A DNA stretch of 64,000 nucleotides from a virus: positions 1-64,000 of IMG/VR virus record IMGVR_UViG_3300010397_000047, one strand, 5' to 3'. Each line of letters begins with the position of its first letter. Position 1 is the stretch's first letter. The notes beneath the pieces are model-generated. The model was not told the origin of the DNA. It was given only the letters and a program-made list of their open reading frames with translations, and made no database searches. The position numbers and the translations under genes are program-made. This document shows, in pieces, positions 25,995 through 35,231 of this stretch.

Positions 25995-27896
25995 CTATCC
26001 CCCTCCTACGATGAACCGGCTGAACTCCTTTAGATCGTTACCCACAATTGGTTCGGGCCGATTCGGGGAAATCGAGGCATCTGCCCCGGTCCAAGCAGAT
26101 CGGTCGTTCCCCCCTTCCCGCTCTACCGACTCGTCGAGGGAATCCGCGATAGAGGACTTGGTATCCTTTTGGTTGTCGTCGTCTTCACCCACGTTCGCAG
26201 GAATCCAGGCACACCGACAATTCGGGTGCCGAGGGAGAAGGCCGCGCGCTTCTTCGAGCTTTAGCACTACCCCTTCGAGAGGCTCGCATAGCTCGCATAC
26301 CTTATCGTCTCCGGTCGTACTCCATTCGACAGCTACGCCTACCTCTTCGACCCCTAGCTGGGAGAGAGCTTCTAGCTGACCTTCGGCGTGCGCCCGGATA
26401 ATCTCCGTGCGGGCTATCGTTAAGGCCCGCTCTCTCCCTATGTCTAGGTCGTTATCGAGGTCACGGGCGATATCGCGGGGAGACTTGCCTTGTACTAGGC
26501 CGTCCGCTAGAGCACGGGTCATCCTCTGTGCCATCTGGCTCGTTACCCCTTCTAGCTCGTCGAAGCTACGACCCGCCAGTAGCTTTACCTTCTCGACGGC
26601 TACCGGGCGGGCAAAGGAGGACCGCAAGAACTCTTCCTTCGTCCCCCGGTAGAAGTCTAGGCCCTCCTTATTCTCGTCGATAATCCGCTGTGCCTTCTTC
26701 GTATCGTCGAAGGCCCGGCCCGCTCCCTTCTTAAACCCCTCTTCGACGTAGGCTGCCCATAGCTGCTCTTCGGTACGGGAGCGGATCGTAGCGTCCATTT
26801 GGGCTTTCAGCCACTGCTTAAACGCCTTGATCTTATCCGGGTTGCTATGGAAGTTCCAGCGGGCGTTACCTACTACGTTCTTCGCCGGGAATAGGACCGC
26901 AGCGTCGTCCGCACTAGGCGTAGACTTATCTGTAGGGTTCTCCTTGAATATAAGGTCCGCTAGCTCTACGGCCTTCTCCTTCGGGGCTTCGGCTAGCTCT
27001 TCGAGTACGGCGGTAAGGATCGCAATGTACCAGTCGTTATAGCCTTGCCGCTCTAAAGCCTCCGCAATCGTTCGAGCATCGTCGTCGGAGAGAGCGGAGT
27101 CCTTGGCGTTTCCTACCGGCTGCGTTCTCTTAGAGAGGAAGCCCTTCAATCCTCCGGCTAGCTTGCCGACCCCTTCCTTCACGAGACCCTTCGCAGCCCG
27201 GTAGGTAGCCATCGGGTTGCGGGCCGTAGAGTAGGCTAGGTACGCGCCGGTAGCCGGAGGAACGATCCAGGTAGCCGATTGAACCCCGGCCCCTACTCCG
27301 CTAGCCGTCAGTCCTATCGAGAGCGGCTTGAAGAGAGCTAGGTCCGCCGCAGAGAGTACCCCGCGTAGCTTAGCCGCTTGCTCCGGCGTACTCCCCCGCT
27401 CTATCGAAGTCCTCTCGGCTAGAGCCTGGGAAGCGGTCCATCCCGCGAAGGCCGTGTGGTAAACCGCCGTGAGGACCGTCTGGACTGGCGAGGGTAGCTT
27501 CTCGAACTGCTGCACGAACTTCTCTTTCAAGAAGTGCTCTACGGCTCCGGCCTTCGCTCCCGCCGCTTTCAGCTTGTCCAGGATCGACGACCTACCCTCT
27601 CCTCCTACCTCGTCCGGGGCCGCTACTCCGCTAGGGCAAGGGCCGGGTATCCCGCTTCCCGGACCTCCGCAGTTCATAGGCATCGCGAAGTTAAGGGCAA
27701 AGGGGTTCGGGCGAGGATGTAGCCCTAGTGCGTCCTCTTCGACGATAAGGCGGAAGATATCGTAGCGGAGCCTAGCGAACTTGCTCTTCACTTCGCGAAT
27801 GAACTTACGACGGAGGCTGGCCGTCCTCGTCGGATCGACCCGTAGAGGATTGGGAGCCTTCTTCCTCTTTGCGTTGAAGACCGTTCTACGCTTCAC
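25995..27896 (-). CDS. head morphogenesis protein (Mu F / SPP1 gp7 family)
   Basis: C-terminal ALTIARTEIIRAHAEGQLEAL...DDKVCELCEPLEGVV...LPRHPNCRCAWIP is the classic Phage_Mu_F signature. Lies downstream of the portal gene. Confidence 0.8.
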   Translation of the reverse strand: MKRRTVFNAKRKKAPNPLRVDPTRTASLRRKFIREVKSKFARLRYDIFRLIVEEDALGLHPRPNPFALNFAMPMNCGGPGSGIPGPCPSGVAAPDEVGGEGRSSILDKLKAAGAKAGAVEHFLKEKFVQQFEKLPSPVQTVLTAVYHTAFAGWTASQALAERTSIERGSTPEQAAKLRGVLSAADLALFKPLSIGLTASGVGAGVQSATWIVPPATGAYLAYSTARNPMATYRAAKGLVKEGVGKLAGGLKGFLSKRTQPVGNAKDSALSDDDARTIAEALERQGYNDWYIAILTAVLEELAEAPKEKAVELADLIFKENPTDKSTPSADDAAVLFPAKNVVGNARWNFHSNPDKIKAFKQWLKAQMDATIRSRTEEQLWAAYVEEGFKKGAGRAFDDTKKAQRIIDENKEGLDFYRGTKEEFLRSSFARPVAVEKVKLLAGRSFDELEGVTSQMAQRMTRALADGLVQGKSPRDIARDLDNDLDIGRERALTIARTEIIRAHAEGQLEALSQLGVEEVGVAVEWSTTGDDKVCELCEPLEGVVLKLEEARGLLPRHPNCRCAWIPANVGEDDDNQKDTKSSIADSLDESVEREGGNDRSAWTGADASISPNRPEPIVGNDLKEFSRFIVGGG

Positions 27897-28022
27897 GGGG
27901 CCTCCTCCGCTTCTTCGAGCGAATCTTTCGACGGAGAGCGTTGATACGACCGGCTAGCCGCTTACTACGGTCCTCCAGTCTCCGCAGCCGACGATACATT
28001 GAAGCTATGCTAGGCATCGTTC

Positions 28023-29705
28023 CTACTCCGGGAGAACGGAAGCCGAATAATCCGGGGTCTCAGTAGCGTCCGGCTCGTTAGGTTCGGGCGGAACGGGCGG
28101 GGGCGCGGGCGGAGCTAGCGGACTCTCCGCCGCTTCAGCCGCACTCGTTAGGATTGATGCGGCCTCTCGCTCTTCGAGGTTATCGAACTGCGTCATCCAG
28201 GCCATCGGGGGGATGAGGGCCTCGACGTTCCCGCTAACGTAGGTCGAATAGGCCTGCGCCTTCTTCACGAGCAGGTCCGCCCTATCCGAATCCGTCTGCG
28301 AGTCTAGGTCCGGCCATTCCACCCGGTAGCTCGTCGGGACCGGTAAGACCCCGCAGCTAATCAGTCGATCTACGAAGGGAACGATAATGCGGGGCGTAAT
28401 GTAGTTGCTTTGCCGGAATCGTAGCCGGTCGTTCCACGCTGCGTCGTCTTGAGAAGAAGCTAGCTCCCCGCGTTCGCTGCCCATAAACACCCGCTTCGGT
28501 ATCCCTAGCTGAATACAGATAGCCATGATCTGCGCGTCGATCTGCGGGGTAGGATCGACGACTTGCGGAGAGAGGGTCTTAGCGCTCATGCCCATTAGGG
28601 AGAGGTAGCGCTGAAGCCCGTTCATATAGTTCTCCATCATGTCCCTAAGCCCGCCCGTATCTAGCTCTACGTCTCCGCCTAGCTGAGGGTGGGTCTCTAA
28701 GGACAGTCCTGGGAAAGCTCCGCGCCAGTACATTTCCGCCGAACCGCTGTAGAGCTTCTGAAGGTCTAAGAGCCGGTAGAGAACCGGGCGCATACGGGGC
28801 CGTCCGAAGATTTCGGAGTAGCCCCGGTTATCGGCCACGTGAAGGATACGGGTCCAGTGGACGTAGAGAGTAGACATCGGCATCCCGATCCCGCCGAAGC
28901 TCTCTCTCGGATCGGAGAGCGTAATCGCATACCGGATCGGCTGACCGTAGCGCGGGCTACTTCGGTTCGATTCGTACTGAACGACCTGAACTAAGGACTG
29001 AGGGAACGCGCGGAGGAAGAGCAGCCTCGTACCGTCCTTCCGGGGAGAGACCGTTGAAGGATCGGCAGTGCTTCCTCCGTACTGGGCATCGGTCCCGAAC
29101 ATTTCCTTTTCGGACGGAACGAGGTTAACCTTCTGCCCGTTCTTCGGGAGGATGATATTACAGGTAGGGCCGGGCTTCTCGGCTTGCCGCTTATTGACGG
29201 GCATCGCCCCGCCCATAGGGACCGAGGGAGGGTAGCCGTCGTCGAAGCCGAGCAGGAGTACGCCGAAGTATCCTATCCCACTCAGCTCATCGACTCGTTG
29301 AAGGTACTCCCAGACCGGCGAGGAGTCCTCTTCTCCGTAGTAGCTGTTCTCTCCTCGGAGCGAGCGGGAGAGGTTATCCCAGCCCTCCTCGAAGGCCGTC
29401 ACGTCGTTCGCGTCCTCGGTCTCGTAGACGGTCGGTTGTACTTGCCAGGACTCTCGCGGGAGGACTTCGACGACGCGGGCCGCTATCGCCTCCCGGTTAT
29501 ACAAGTCCTGATACTCCTGCGCGGAGATACCTTCGAGGTTCTTCGGGTAGCCGCATTCGTCCGTGATGTCCCGGCGCGGATCGAAGAACTGCCGGAATAG
29601 CTCCTGCCGCCCGGTCATTGCGTTGTTGATAAGCCGGTAGAGCTTCTCGTCGATCTTCCTACCGTTCCCGCTCCCGTTCGTAGTCGTACTCTTAGCCTTA
29701 GCCAT
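28023..29705 (-). CDS. portal protein
   Basis: 560 aa, between the TerL and Mu-F-like genes. Overall resemblance to DUF1073-type portals (from memory, unverified). Confidence 0.7.
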   Translation of the reverse strand: MAKAKSTTTNGSGNGRKIDEKLYRLINNAMTGRQELFRQFFDPRRDITDECGYPKNLEGISAQEYQDLYNREAIAARVVEVLPRESWQVQPTVYETEDANDVTAFEEGWDNLSRSLRGENSYYGEEDSSPVWEYLQRVDELSGIGYFGVLLLGFDDGYPPSVPMGGAMPVNKRQAEKPGPTCNIILPKNGQKVNLVPSEKEMFGTDAQYGGSTADPSTVSPRKDGTRLLFLRAFPQSLVQVVQYESNRSSPRYGQPIRYAITLSDPRESFGGIGMPMSTLYVHWTRILHVADNRGYSEIFGRPRMRPVLYRLLDLQKLYSGSAEMYWRGAFPGLSLETHPQLGGDVELDTGGLRDMMENYMNGLQRYLSLMGMSAKTLSPQVVDPTPQIDAQIMAICIQLGIPKRVFMGSERGELASSQDDAAWNDRLRFRQSNYITPRIIVPFVDRLISCGVLPVPTSYRVEWPDLDSQTDSDRADLLVKKAQAYSTYVSGNVEALIPPMAWMTQFDNLEEREAASILTSAAEAAESPLAPPAPPPVPPEPNEPDATETPDYSASVLPE

Positions 29706-29925
29706 TGCAAGCCCTCGCGTAGCGTTCGTAGGTGTTTTCGGTATAGGCGTCTAGTTCTTCGATACAGCTATCAGCGGAGGCTACCATGTCGCCGGTATTC
29801 GCGTCGAAGATTTCGAACCAGGATATATTGGGTTGGAAGAAGAGGAAACGGACGGTACACGGGAGGCAGTCGGCAGTGCCTTCGTACTCCGTACCGTCCG
29901 TATCGAAGAAGAGAAAGTAATACAC
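29698..29925 (-). CDS. hypothetical small acidic protein
   Basis: 75-aa ORF overlapping the portal start by 8 nt. Confidence 0.25.
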   Translation of the reverse strand: MYYFLFFDTDGTEYEGTADCLPCTVRFLFFQPNISWFEIFDANTGDMVASADSCIEELDAYTENTYERYARACNG

Positions 29926-29952
29926 CTGAGGCTCCCTCCTACCTATGTCTCC

Positions 29953-30141
29953 CTAGGTGCGGGTTCCGCACTGGTTACAGACCCACCCTCCTCCGAAGGC
30001 GCAAACGATAAACCAGATCGGTAGCCACAGTCCGCAAGTAGCTACGAGGAGGATCGAATGAAGCTGAATGTTCGGACGCTGCCAGCTAGCTAACCGGGGC
30101 TTACCGCAGCACTTGCATCGGATCGACTTACTGAAAGGCAC
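29953..30141 (-). CDS. small zinc-ribbon membrane protein
   Basis: CKCCG...(hydrophobic ILLVATCGLWLPIWFIVCAFGGGW)...CNQCG. Confidence 0.3.
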   Translation of the reverse strand: MPFSKSIRCKCCGKPRLASWQRPNIQLHSILLVATCGLWLPIWFIVCAFGGGWVCNQCGTRT

Positions 30142-30153
30142 GACTATCTCCCG

Positions 30154-31713
30154 TTAAGCGGCTCCAGCTACGGCTCTCCTAGCCCGATGCGTCATTGCAT
30201 GGAAAGCTATTGCCAAGGCGTCTAGCTCATCCGGGCTATGACCAATAATCTCGACAAGGCACTTCTCCCTACTCCCCGGCTTCTTGTTCTTCGACCTAAT
30301 CTTCAATCGGCCTTCCCCGTCTGTCTCGAAAGGGATCGGAGCCATTTGCTGCCTTACCGCTGAATATTCCCGTGGAATACCAAAGGTAACTCTTTTTGAG
30401 TCTATCGGGCAGCCCTCTGGGTCTAGCGCGAGCCGGAGCGCGCCGTACATTTCGGCCCGGCGATTGAAGTAGGCATAGCGGTCTTCGCGGTTCTCCACCC
30501 GCTCTTCCATTTGTCTCATACCTCGCTTAGGGTCCATCATAATGGATTCGCCGAATGCTACGGTGCGGACGTTATAGCCGTCGCGCCTTAAACGATCCGC
30601 GTGTTCCTTTCCTCCACCTCGATCAAAGCACACTTGCTCGGCTTGAAGATTGAATCGCCGCATAAGCTCTAGGGTCTTCGTCGGAACTACCGACGTATCG
30701 GGGGTCTTCATAGACAGAAGGAAGATCAGCCCGTACTCGTCGATTACCGCGAAGGCCGTAGAGTCTCCCCCTTGCGCCGGGTCGATCCCTAGGGCCTTCG
30801 CTACCCGCGTCCTCCCCTTTAGAGACCGCGCCATTCTCTCCGCCCGGTCTAGCCAGGCTGGAGGATAGAGAAGGACTTCCGCTCCTTCGTAGAACTCCGC
30901 ATCCAGCTTAATGCATTGCGTTACGGTATCCCATTCCCTACGCCGGATAAGGTAGTCTCCGTAGGTAAGGATGCCGGGAAGGACTTTACGGAAGGAGGGC
31001 TTCAGGCCCGCTCTTATCTCAGCTAACGCTAGCCTTACGTTGGGGCTGTCCTCCGCCTTGATCTTAATCACCTTGCTGTAGTACCCCTTACCGTCCTCGC
31101 TTCTAACGTCCCCTCGCTTCGTAGCCTTACGGAAGAGGTTCTCGCAAGGGTGCGGGTTCCCGATAATGAGGAGACCCTTAGCCCATTCCGCCATGTGGTC
31201 GAACACGGCAGGCTCCGCCCCGCTCGCTTCGTCTACGATCCCTAGCGCGTGATCAGCGTGGTGCCCCGATAAGCTCTCCGGCTTCTCCGCTACCATGCCG
31301 ATTAGGTAGCCGTACTTGTCCTCCTTACCGTTAATGATTCGGCGGATACCGGTCTCCCGGTGCTTCACGATTAACGGCCCGCCCTTATCGCTCGTAAGCG
31401 GGTAGCGACTAGTCTGGATAAACCGGCCTATCTCCCCCCAGAGTACGTCGAGGTGCTTATCCTTAACGGAAGTCGTTACGACCCGGCACTCCCCCCGCCC
31501 CGTGAACCCGGAGGTAAGGAAGTAGCTGAGAGCCAGGAAGCCCGCCGTGAAGTCCTTCCCTAGCATATTGCCCGCAGGTACTACGGTCTGATAGTTGTCT
31601 ATCGTCGAGTAGATAATCTCCCGCTGCTTATCGTAGAAATGTACCTTCGGCCATAGGAGCTTCGCTAGGGCTATCGGATCGATTCGCCGGGAGAGAGCTT
31701 CGCCTAGATTCAT
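30154..31713 (-). CDS. terL: terminase large subunit
   Basis: ATPase motifs (VVPAGNMLGKDFT Walker A-like, GIVDEASG Walker B) and a C-terminal RNase-H-like nuclease region (LGIDPAQGGDSTAFAV). Sits upstream of the portal gene. Confidence 0.85.
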   Translation of the reverse strand: MNLGEALSRRIDPIALAKLLWPKVHFYDKQREIIYSTIDNYQTVVPAGNMLGKDFTAGFLALSYFLTSGFTGRGECRVVTTSVKDKHLDVLWGEIGRFIQTSRYPLTSDKGGPLIVKHRETGIRRIINGKEDKYGYLIGMVAEKPESLSGHHADHALGIVDEASGAEPAVFDHMAEWAKGLLIIGNPHPCENLFRKATKRGDVRSEDGKGYYSKVIKIKAEDSPNVRLALAEIRAGLKPSFRKVLPGILTYGDYLIRRREWDTVTQCIKLDAEFYEGAEVLLYPPAWLDRAERMARSLKGRTRVAKALGIDPAQGGDSTAFAVIDEYGLIFLLSMKTPDTSVVPTKTLELMRRFNLQAEQVCFDRGGGKEHADRLRRDGYNVRTVAFGESIMMDPKRGMRQMEERVENREDRYAYFNRRAEMYGALRLALDPEGCPIDSKRVTFGIPREYSAVRQQMAPIPFETDGEGRLKIRSKNKKPGSREKCLVEIIGHSPDELDALAIAFHAMTHRARRAVAGAA

Positions 31714-31916
31714 CCCGTCTTCCCTCTCCCTCGAATCCTCCGAGACTTCGCCTGGACTACGACTTTCAGCCGATCCGTCTCCGTCCTCGGTACGTCCTCC
31801 GGTACTTTCCCGAAGAGCCTATGTCTTTTACAGTACAGCCCAGTGTTACACCGACAAGGCTCCTCTGGGTTATGATCTACGATTCCGTCCTTAATCCCCC
31901 TCATGGGTCTCTCCAT
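31710..31916 (-). CDS. hypothetical small protein
   Basis: 68-aa ORF between the TerS-like and TerL genes. Confidence 0.25.
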   Translation of the reverse strand: MERPMRGIKDGIVDHNPEEPCRCNTGLYCKRHRLFGKVPEDVPRTETDRLKVVVQAKSRRIRGRGKTG

Positions 31917-32535
31917 TTAAGCTAGGAGCCGGAGGAGCTACCGTAGCTCCCTCGACTTCCCCTAAGCTCTCTAATGCCTTAATCTGGTCCTCGATAAAGT
32001 CTCCCTCCGACGTAGCCCGCGCCGCGCTGAAGAGATTGTTCCAGTCGATATTAATGAAGTTGACGTTGTTTTGGTCCTGCTTTAGAAGCCCGACGAGCCG
32101 GCATCGGAGCGTGATACAGCGTTCGACTCCTTCCAGCCACTTCGTATCCCCGTCCCTCTTCTTCGTCTCCTTCGTTTCCTTACCGGGGATCAACTCACGC
32201 TCTTCCGTTACGTTCCCATCCTCATCCCGCTTCCACCTCCAAACACTTTCGATCTTCGTGCTAGTGAAGGGCTTCAAGGACCGTTCGTACCCTTCCCAGT
32301 AGGTCCGCTCCAGCTGATCGATCTTCGCCAGCTCAACGGCCTTACGCTGATCGAAGTCTACCACAGCAGCTGCTATCCAAAGCTCCTGAATCTTCTTCAG
32401 GTCAATGCTTATCGTAGCCTCACTAACCTTCGTCTGCTTGGCAATCTCATACTGAGTCAAACCCTGCACGTACAGCTGGGCTACCTTTAGCCTCCGCTCA
32501 TTCGCAGCCACTTGAGCTAACTTCGAAGCAGGCAT
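31891..32535 (-). CDS. putative terminase small subunit (HTH)
   Basis: N-terminal HTH LYVQGLTQYEIAKQTKVSEATISIDLKKI. First gene of the packaging module. Confidence 0.5.
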   Translation of the reverse strand: MPASKLAQVAANERRLKVAQLYVQGLTQYEIAKQTKVSEATISIDLKKIQELWIAAAVVDFDQRKAVELAKIDQLERTYWEGYERSLKPFTSTKIESVWRWKRDEDGNVTEERELIPGKETKETKKRDGDTKWLEGVERCITLRCRLVGLLKQDQNNVNFINIDWNNLFSAARATSEGDFIEDQIKALESLGEVEGATVAPPAPSLNGETHEGD

Positions 32536-32665
32536 GATTATTAGTCAAGGCTTAGCGCGTTGATAGCGCAGCCCGTTCCCCTCCACAACCGATTTTAGCT
32601 GAACTCCCGACCTTCAGGTAAGCGTATAGGCTTAGAAGGAAACCCAACTGGTTCCATTATGAGAT

Positions 32666-32836
32666 TCACTTCCGATATGCCGCACTACTCCCTTTCTTCC
32701 CCTTACCGTCGAGGTGTAGCCTAGCGTTCGGGTAGACGTGAGGCGGAGGCGGTAGACCTCCGGCCCTACGCTGCCTGGCCCGGCTGTCCTCTTCCCTCTG
32801 GATCGCTCTCATCTTCCGATAGCTGAACTTGAACAT
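32666..32836 (-). CDS. possible small basic protein (56 aa, below the track cutoff)
   Basis: Own translation: MFKFSYRKMRAIQREEDSRARQRRAGGLPPPPHVYPNARLHLDGKGKKGSSAAYRK. AGGGAG lies 6 nt upstream of the ATG. Confidence 0.3.
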   Translation of the reverse strand: MFKFSYRKMRAIQREEDSRARQRRAGGLPPPPHVYPNARLHLDGKGKKGSSAAYRK

Positions 32837-32857
32837 ATCGATCTCCCTTGTACTGAG

Positions 32858-34072
32858 TTACCCGATCCCTAGACTAACCGCCTCTCTTCTCTTCCCTACT
32901 AACCCCGCCATAGCCGGTCGTCCTAAACATAACCCCTCGATACGCGGTATCGCTGAGTTGCGTAGATACTCCTCGCTCAAGTCGATCCCTACCCCGAATC
33001 GCCCTAGGTCTAAGGCTACGGCTAGAGCGGTCCCCGATCCGGCGAACGGGTCTAAGACGACCTGCGGCCTTACCCTCTCGCAGATACACCCGCAGGTCTT
33101 CTCCCAGCCCTTCGTTATGACCTCGACTCCAGCGACGGAGTTAGGGCAGCTATTACCTTCGGCCCGCCCCGCCTCGCTCTCCCCCGTCCTCTTCACGTAG
33201 TCATTCGGACGATCCCGCGTTATCGCCAACTTGTCTACGACCCTTCGGTACGGGCTTCCGCATTCAGCGCATTCGCCGTGAGCCGAAGTACCGGCTAAGA
33301 CGCAAGGCTCTACGAGCTTCCGGGGGAACGTCGCGAAGTGCTTACCTGCGTAGCCCTCCTTTGCTATCTTCCATACCGATGGCTTGTTCCGCGTTCCGGT
33401 TGCGTAAGGCTCTACTTTCGTCTCCGCGCCGAACACTCGACCGTTCGTTAAGACTCCGGCCCCCGCTACCTCCCCCCGCTCTAACTCCGTGGCCGATTCC
33501 CTTACGTCCCGGAACGCTGCCTCGTTACTCTCCAGGCTCCTCGTACCTTCCTCCCGAATAGCGTCAGCGTCGTAATACCAGTCCTTCGATTGGCTGAAGA
33601 GGAAGACGTACTCGTGAGCGTTCCGGCAAGGGTTAAAGACGGGAGACGGCATAGGGTCCGGCTTCCACCAGATTATGTCTTGGCGGAGTATCCAGCCGTC
33701 GTCTTGCAAGGCGCGGGCTACCATCCAGGGTACGCCGAGGAGACCGGACCTCCGGCACTTACGCTTCGGCCCGTAGCAGTCCCCTAGGTTAAGCCATAGC
33801 GTACCGTTCCTACGAAGGACTCGGCTTAGGAGCCGGAACACTTCGACTAACCGAGCTACGAACTCCTCTGGCGTATCCTCTTGCCCTAGCTCTAAGGAGC
33901 GGTCTACCCCGTGATAGTCCCTAATGCCCCAGTACGGCGGAGAGGTAACGATAGACTGGACGAAGCCCTCCGGGAGTCTACTAGCTACGGCGCGAACGTC
34001 TCCAGCGAAAAGCCGGGCCGTTGCGCCGTTGTCGTTCGTGCTCCAAAAAGGCTTCAGCGGTATAGTCGGCAT
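32858..34072 (-). CDS. DNA methyltransferase (N6-adenine/N4-cytosine, beta-class order)
   Basis: IVTSPPYWG (motif IV, S/DPPY) lies N-terminal and VLDPFAGSGTA (motif I) C-terminal. A Cys-ribbon insert CAECGSPY is present. Confidence 0.8.
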   Translation of the reverse strand: MPTIPLKPFWSTNDNGATARLFAGDVRAVASRLPEGFVQSIVTSPPYWGIRDYHGVDRSLELGQEDTPEEFVARLVEVFRLLSRVLRRNGTLWLNLGDCYGPKRKCRRSGLLGVPWMVARALQDDGWILRQDIIWWKPDPMPSPVFNPCRNAHEYVFLFSQSKDWYYDADAIREEGTRSLESNEAAFRDVRESATELERGEVAGAGVLTNGRVFGAETKVEPYATGTRNKPSVWKIAKEGYAGKHFATFPRKLVEPCVLAGTSAHGECAECGSPYRRVVDKLAITRDRPNDYVKRTGESEAGRAEGNSCPNSVAGVEVITKGWEKTCGCICERVRPQVVLDPFAGSGTALAVALDLGRFGVGIDLSEEYLRNSAIPRIEGLCLGRPAMAGLVGKRREAVSLGIG

Positions 34073-34160
34073 TCCTTCGATCCTTCGTTGGCTAGGAAAA
34101 TAGCTAGGAAAATCGGAGAGCTATTCGGGGGAACCCTTACGCCGTTCGGAGGGCTTTTCG

Positions 34161-35231
34161 CTAGCTCCGCTTTCGGTTCGCCCTGATCGACTTTAGCTCC
34201 TCCTCCAGTCCCTTTATCCGACCCTCGGAGGCTTTCCGCTCTTCGTCCTTTAGCTCGTCGAGCTTCCTGAAAGCCCGGTCTAGGTCGGAGACCGACTTTG
34301 TTAGCTCGTCCCGCTGACGGATAAGTTCCGCGATTTGCTGCTTACGGGCCGTAATCTCCGTCCACTCCTCCGCAATCTCTTTGAGTTGAGATTTTACCTT
34401 AGCCCGCGCCTTTAAGTCCTTCGCCCACTGTTTCTCGTCCCGAAGCGGAGCTATCTGCGCCTCGATAAGCTCTCGGAACTTCTCTGGCTCTAGCGAGTCT
34501 AGCTCCCACGACTCGTCCCCGAACCGGTTAACGTAGGTCTTGTATCGACTGTCTGTGATCTTCGCCGGGTTAGGAGGGGGGCCGTACTCCTCGATCTGCT
34601 CCATAGTCAGGGCTACCCGGACGAACTCGCAGTCACTCATAAAGGTCTTATGGAGCCGGTCGTAGATATCCCTACTCATATCGATCCCGCTAGGATCGTG
34701 ATCACCGAAGTGAATAATGTAAGGCTTCTGCCCCTTCTCTACGTGACCCTGGAGCCGTAACGAAGCCCTCCACATTTCGGAGAGGGACGTATACCCTCTA
34801 CACACGAAGTAGGGGATGTCGTTCTCCTCGCAGACCCCGGAGATAACGCCGGACAGCGCGTCCTTCTCTACCCAGACTTCGGGCCGGTACTCCTGGTCCT
34901 TCCACATATCGATATGATACCAGGCCGTTAGCTTGTCTAGCGCGTCCTGCGGCCCGGAGTAGTGCTGTAGCTCGGAGAGGCTTCGGGTACGGTCGCAAAG
35001 GTGATTCCAGTCGATCCTCCCGGCTAACCTAGCGGCCCCGATAATGTCTCCTAGCCGCTTGTAGCTCTTCTGCTTGTTCGGTATGTACCCCTTGGCAACG
35101 AAGCGGTAGTAGAGAGAGCGGAGAGTAATCAGGATTCCCTTCTCCGCGTAGCTCTCTAGGATTTCGTTCGCACGGGCTATCGTGTTGGCGTGTCCCTTCG
35201 TAAACCGCTTCGGGACGTAGGTAATCTTCAT
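34161..35231 (-). CDS. Topoisomerase VI subunit A / Spo11-like protein (5Y-CAP + Toprim) with C-terminal coiled coil
   Basis: ITLRSLYYRFV (winged-helix Tyr-Tyr as in R-D-I-Y-Y), EVWVEKDAL (Toprim Glu, compare VVEKDA), CRGYTS (compare GKGYPD) and FGDHDPSGIDM (DxDPxG). Confidence 0.65.
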   Translation of the reverse strand: MKITYVPKRFTKGHANTIARANEILESYAEKGILITLRSLYYRFVAKGYIPNKQKSYKRLGDIIGAARLAGRIDWNHLCDRTRSLSELQHYSGPQDALDKLTAWYHIDMWKDQEYRPEVWVEKDALSGVISGVCEENDIPYFVCRGYTSLSEMWRASLRLQGHVEKGQKPYIIHFGDHDPSGIDMSRDIYDRLHKTFMSDCEFVRVALTMEQIEEYGPPPNPAKITDSRYKTYVNRFGDESWELDSLEPEKFRELIEAQIAPLRDEKQWAKDLKARAKVKSQLKEIAEEWTEITARKQQIAELIRQRDELTKSVSDLDRAFRKLDELKDEERKASEGRIKGLEEELKSIRANRKRS

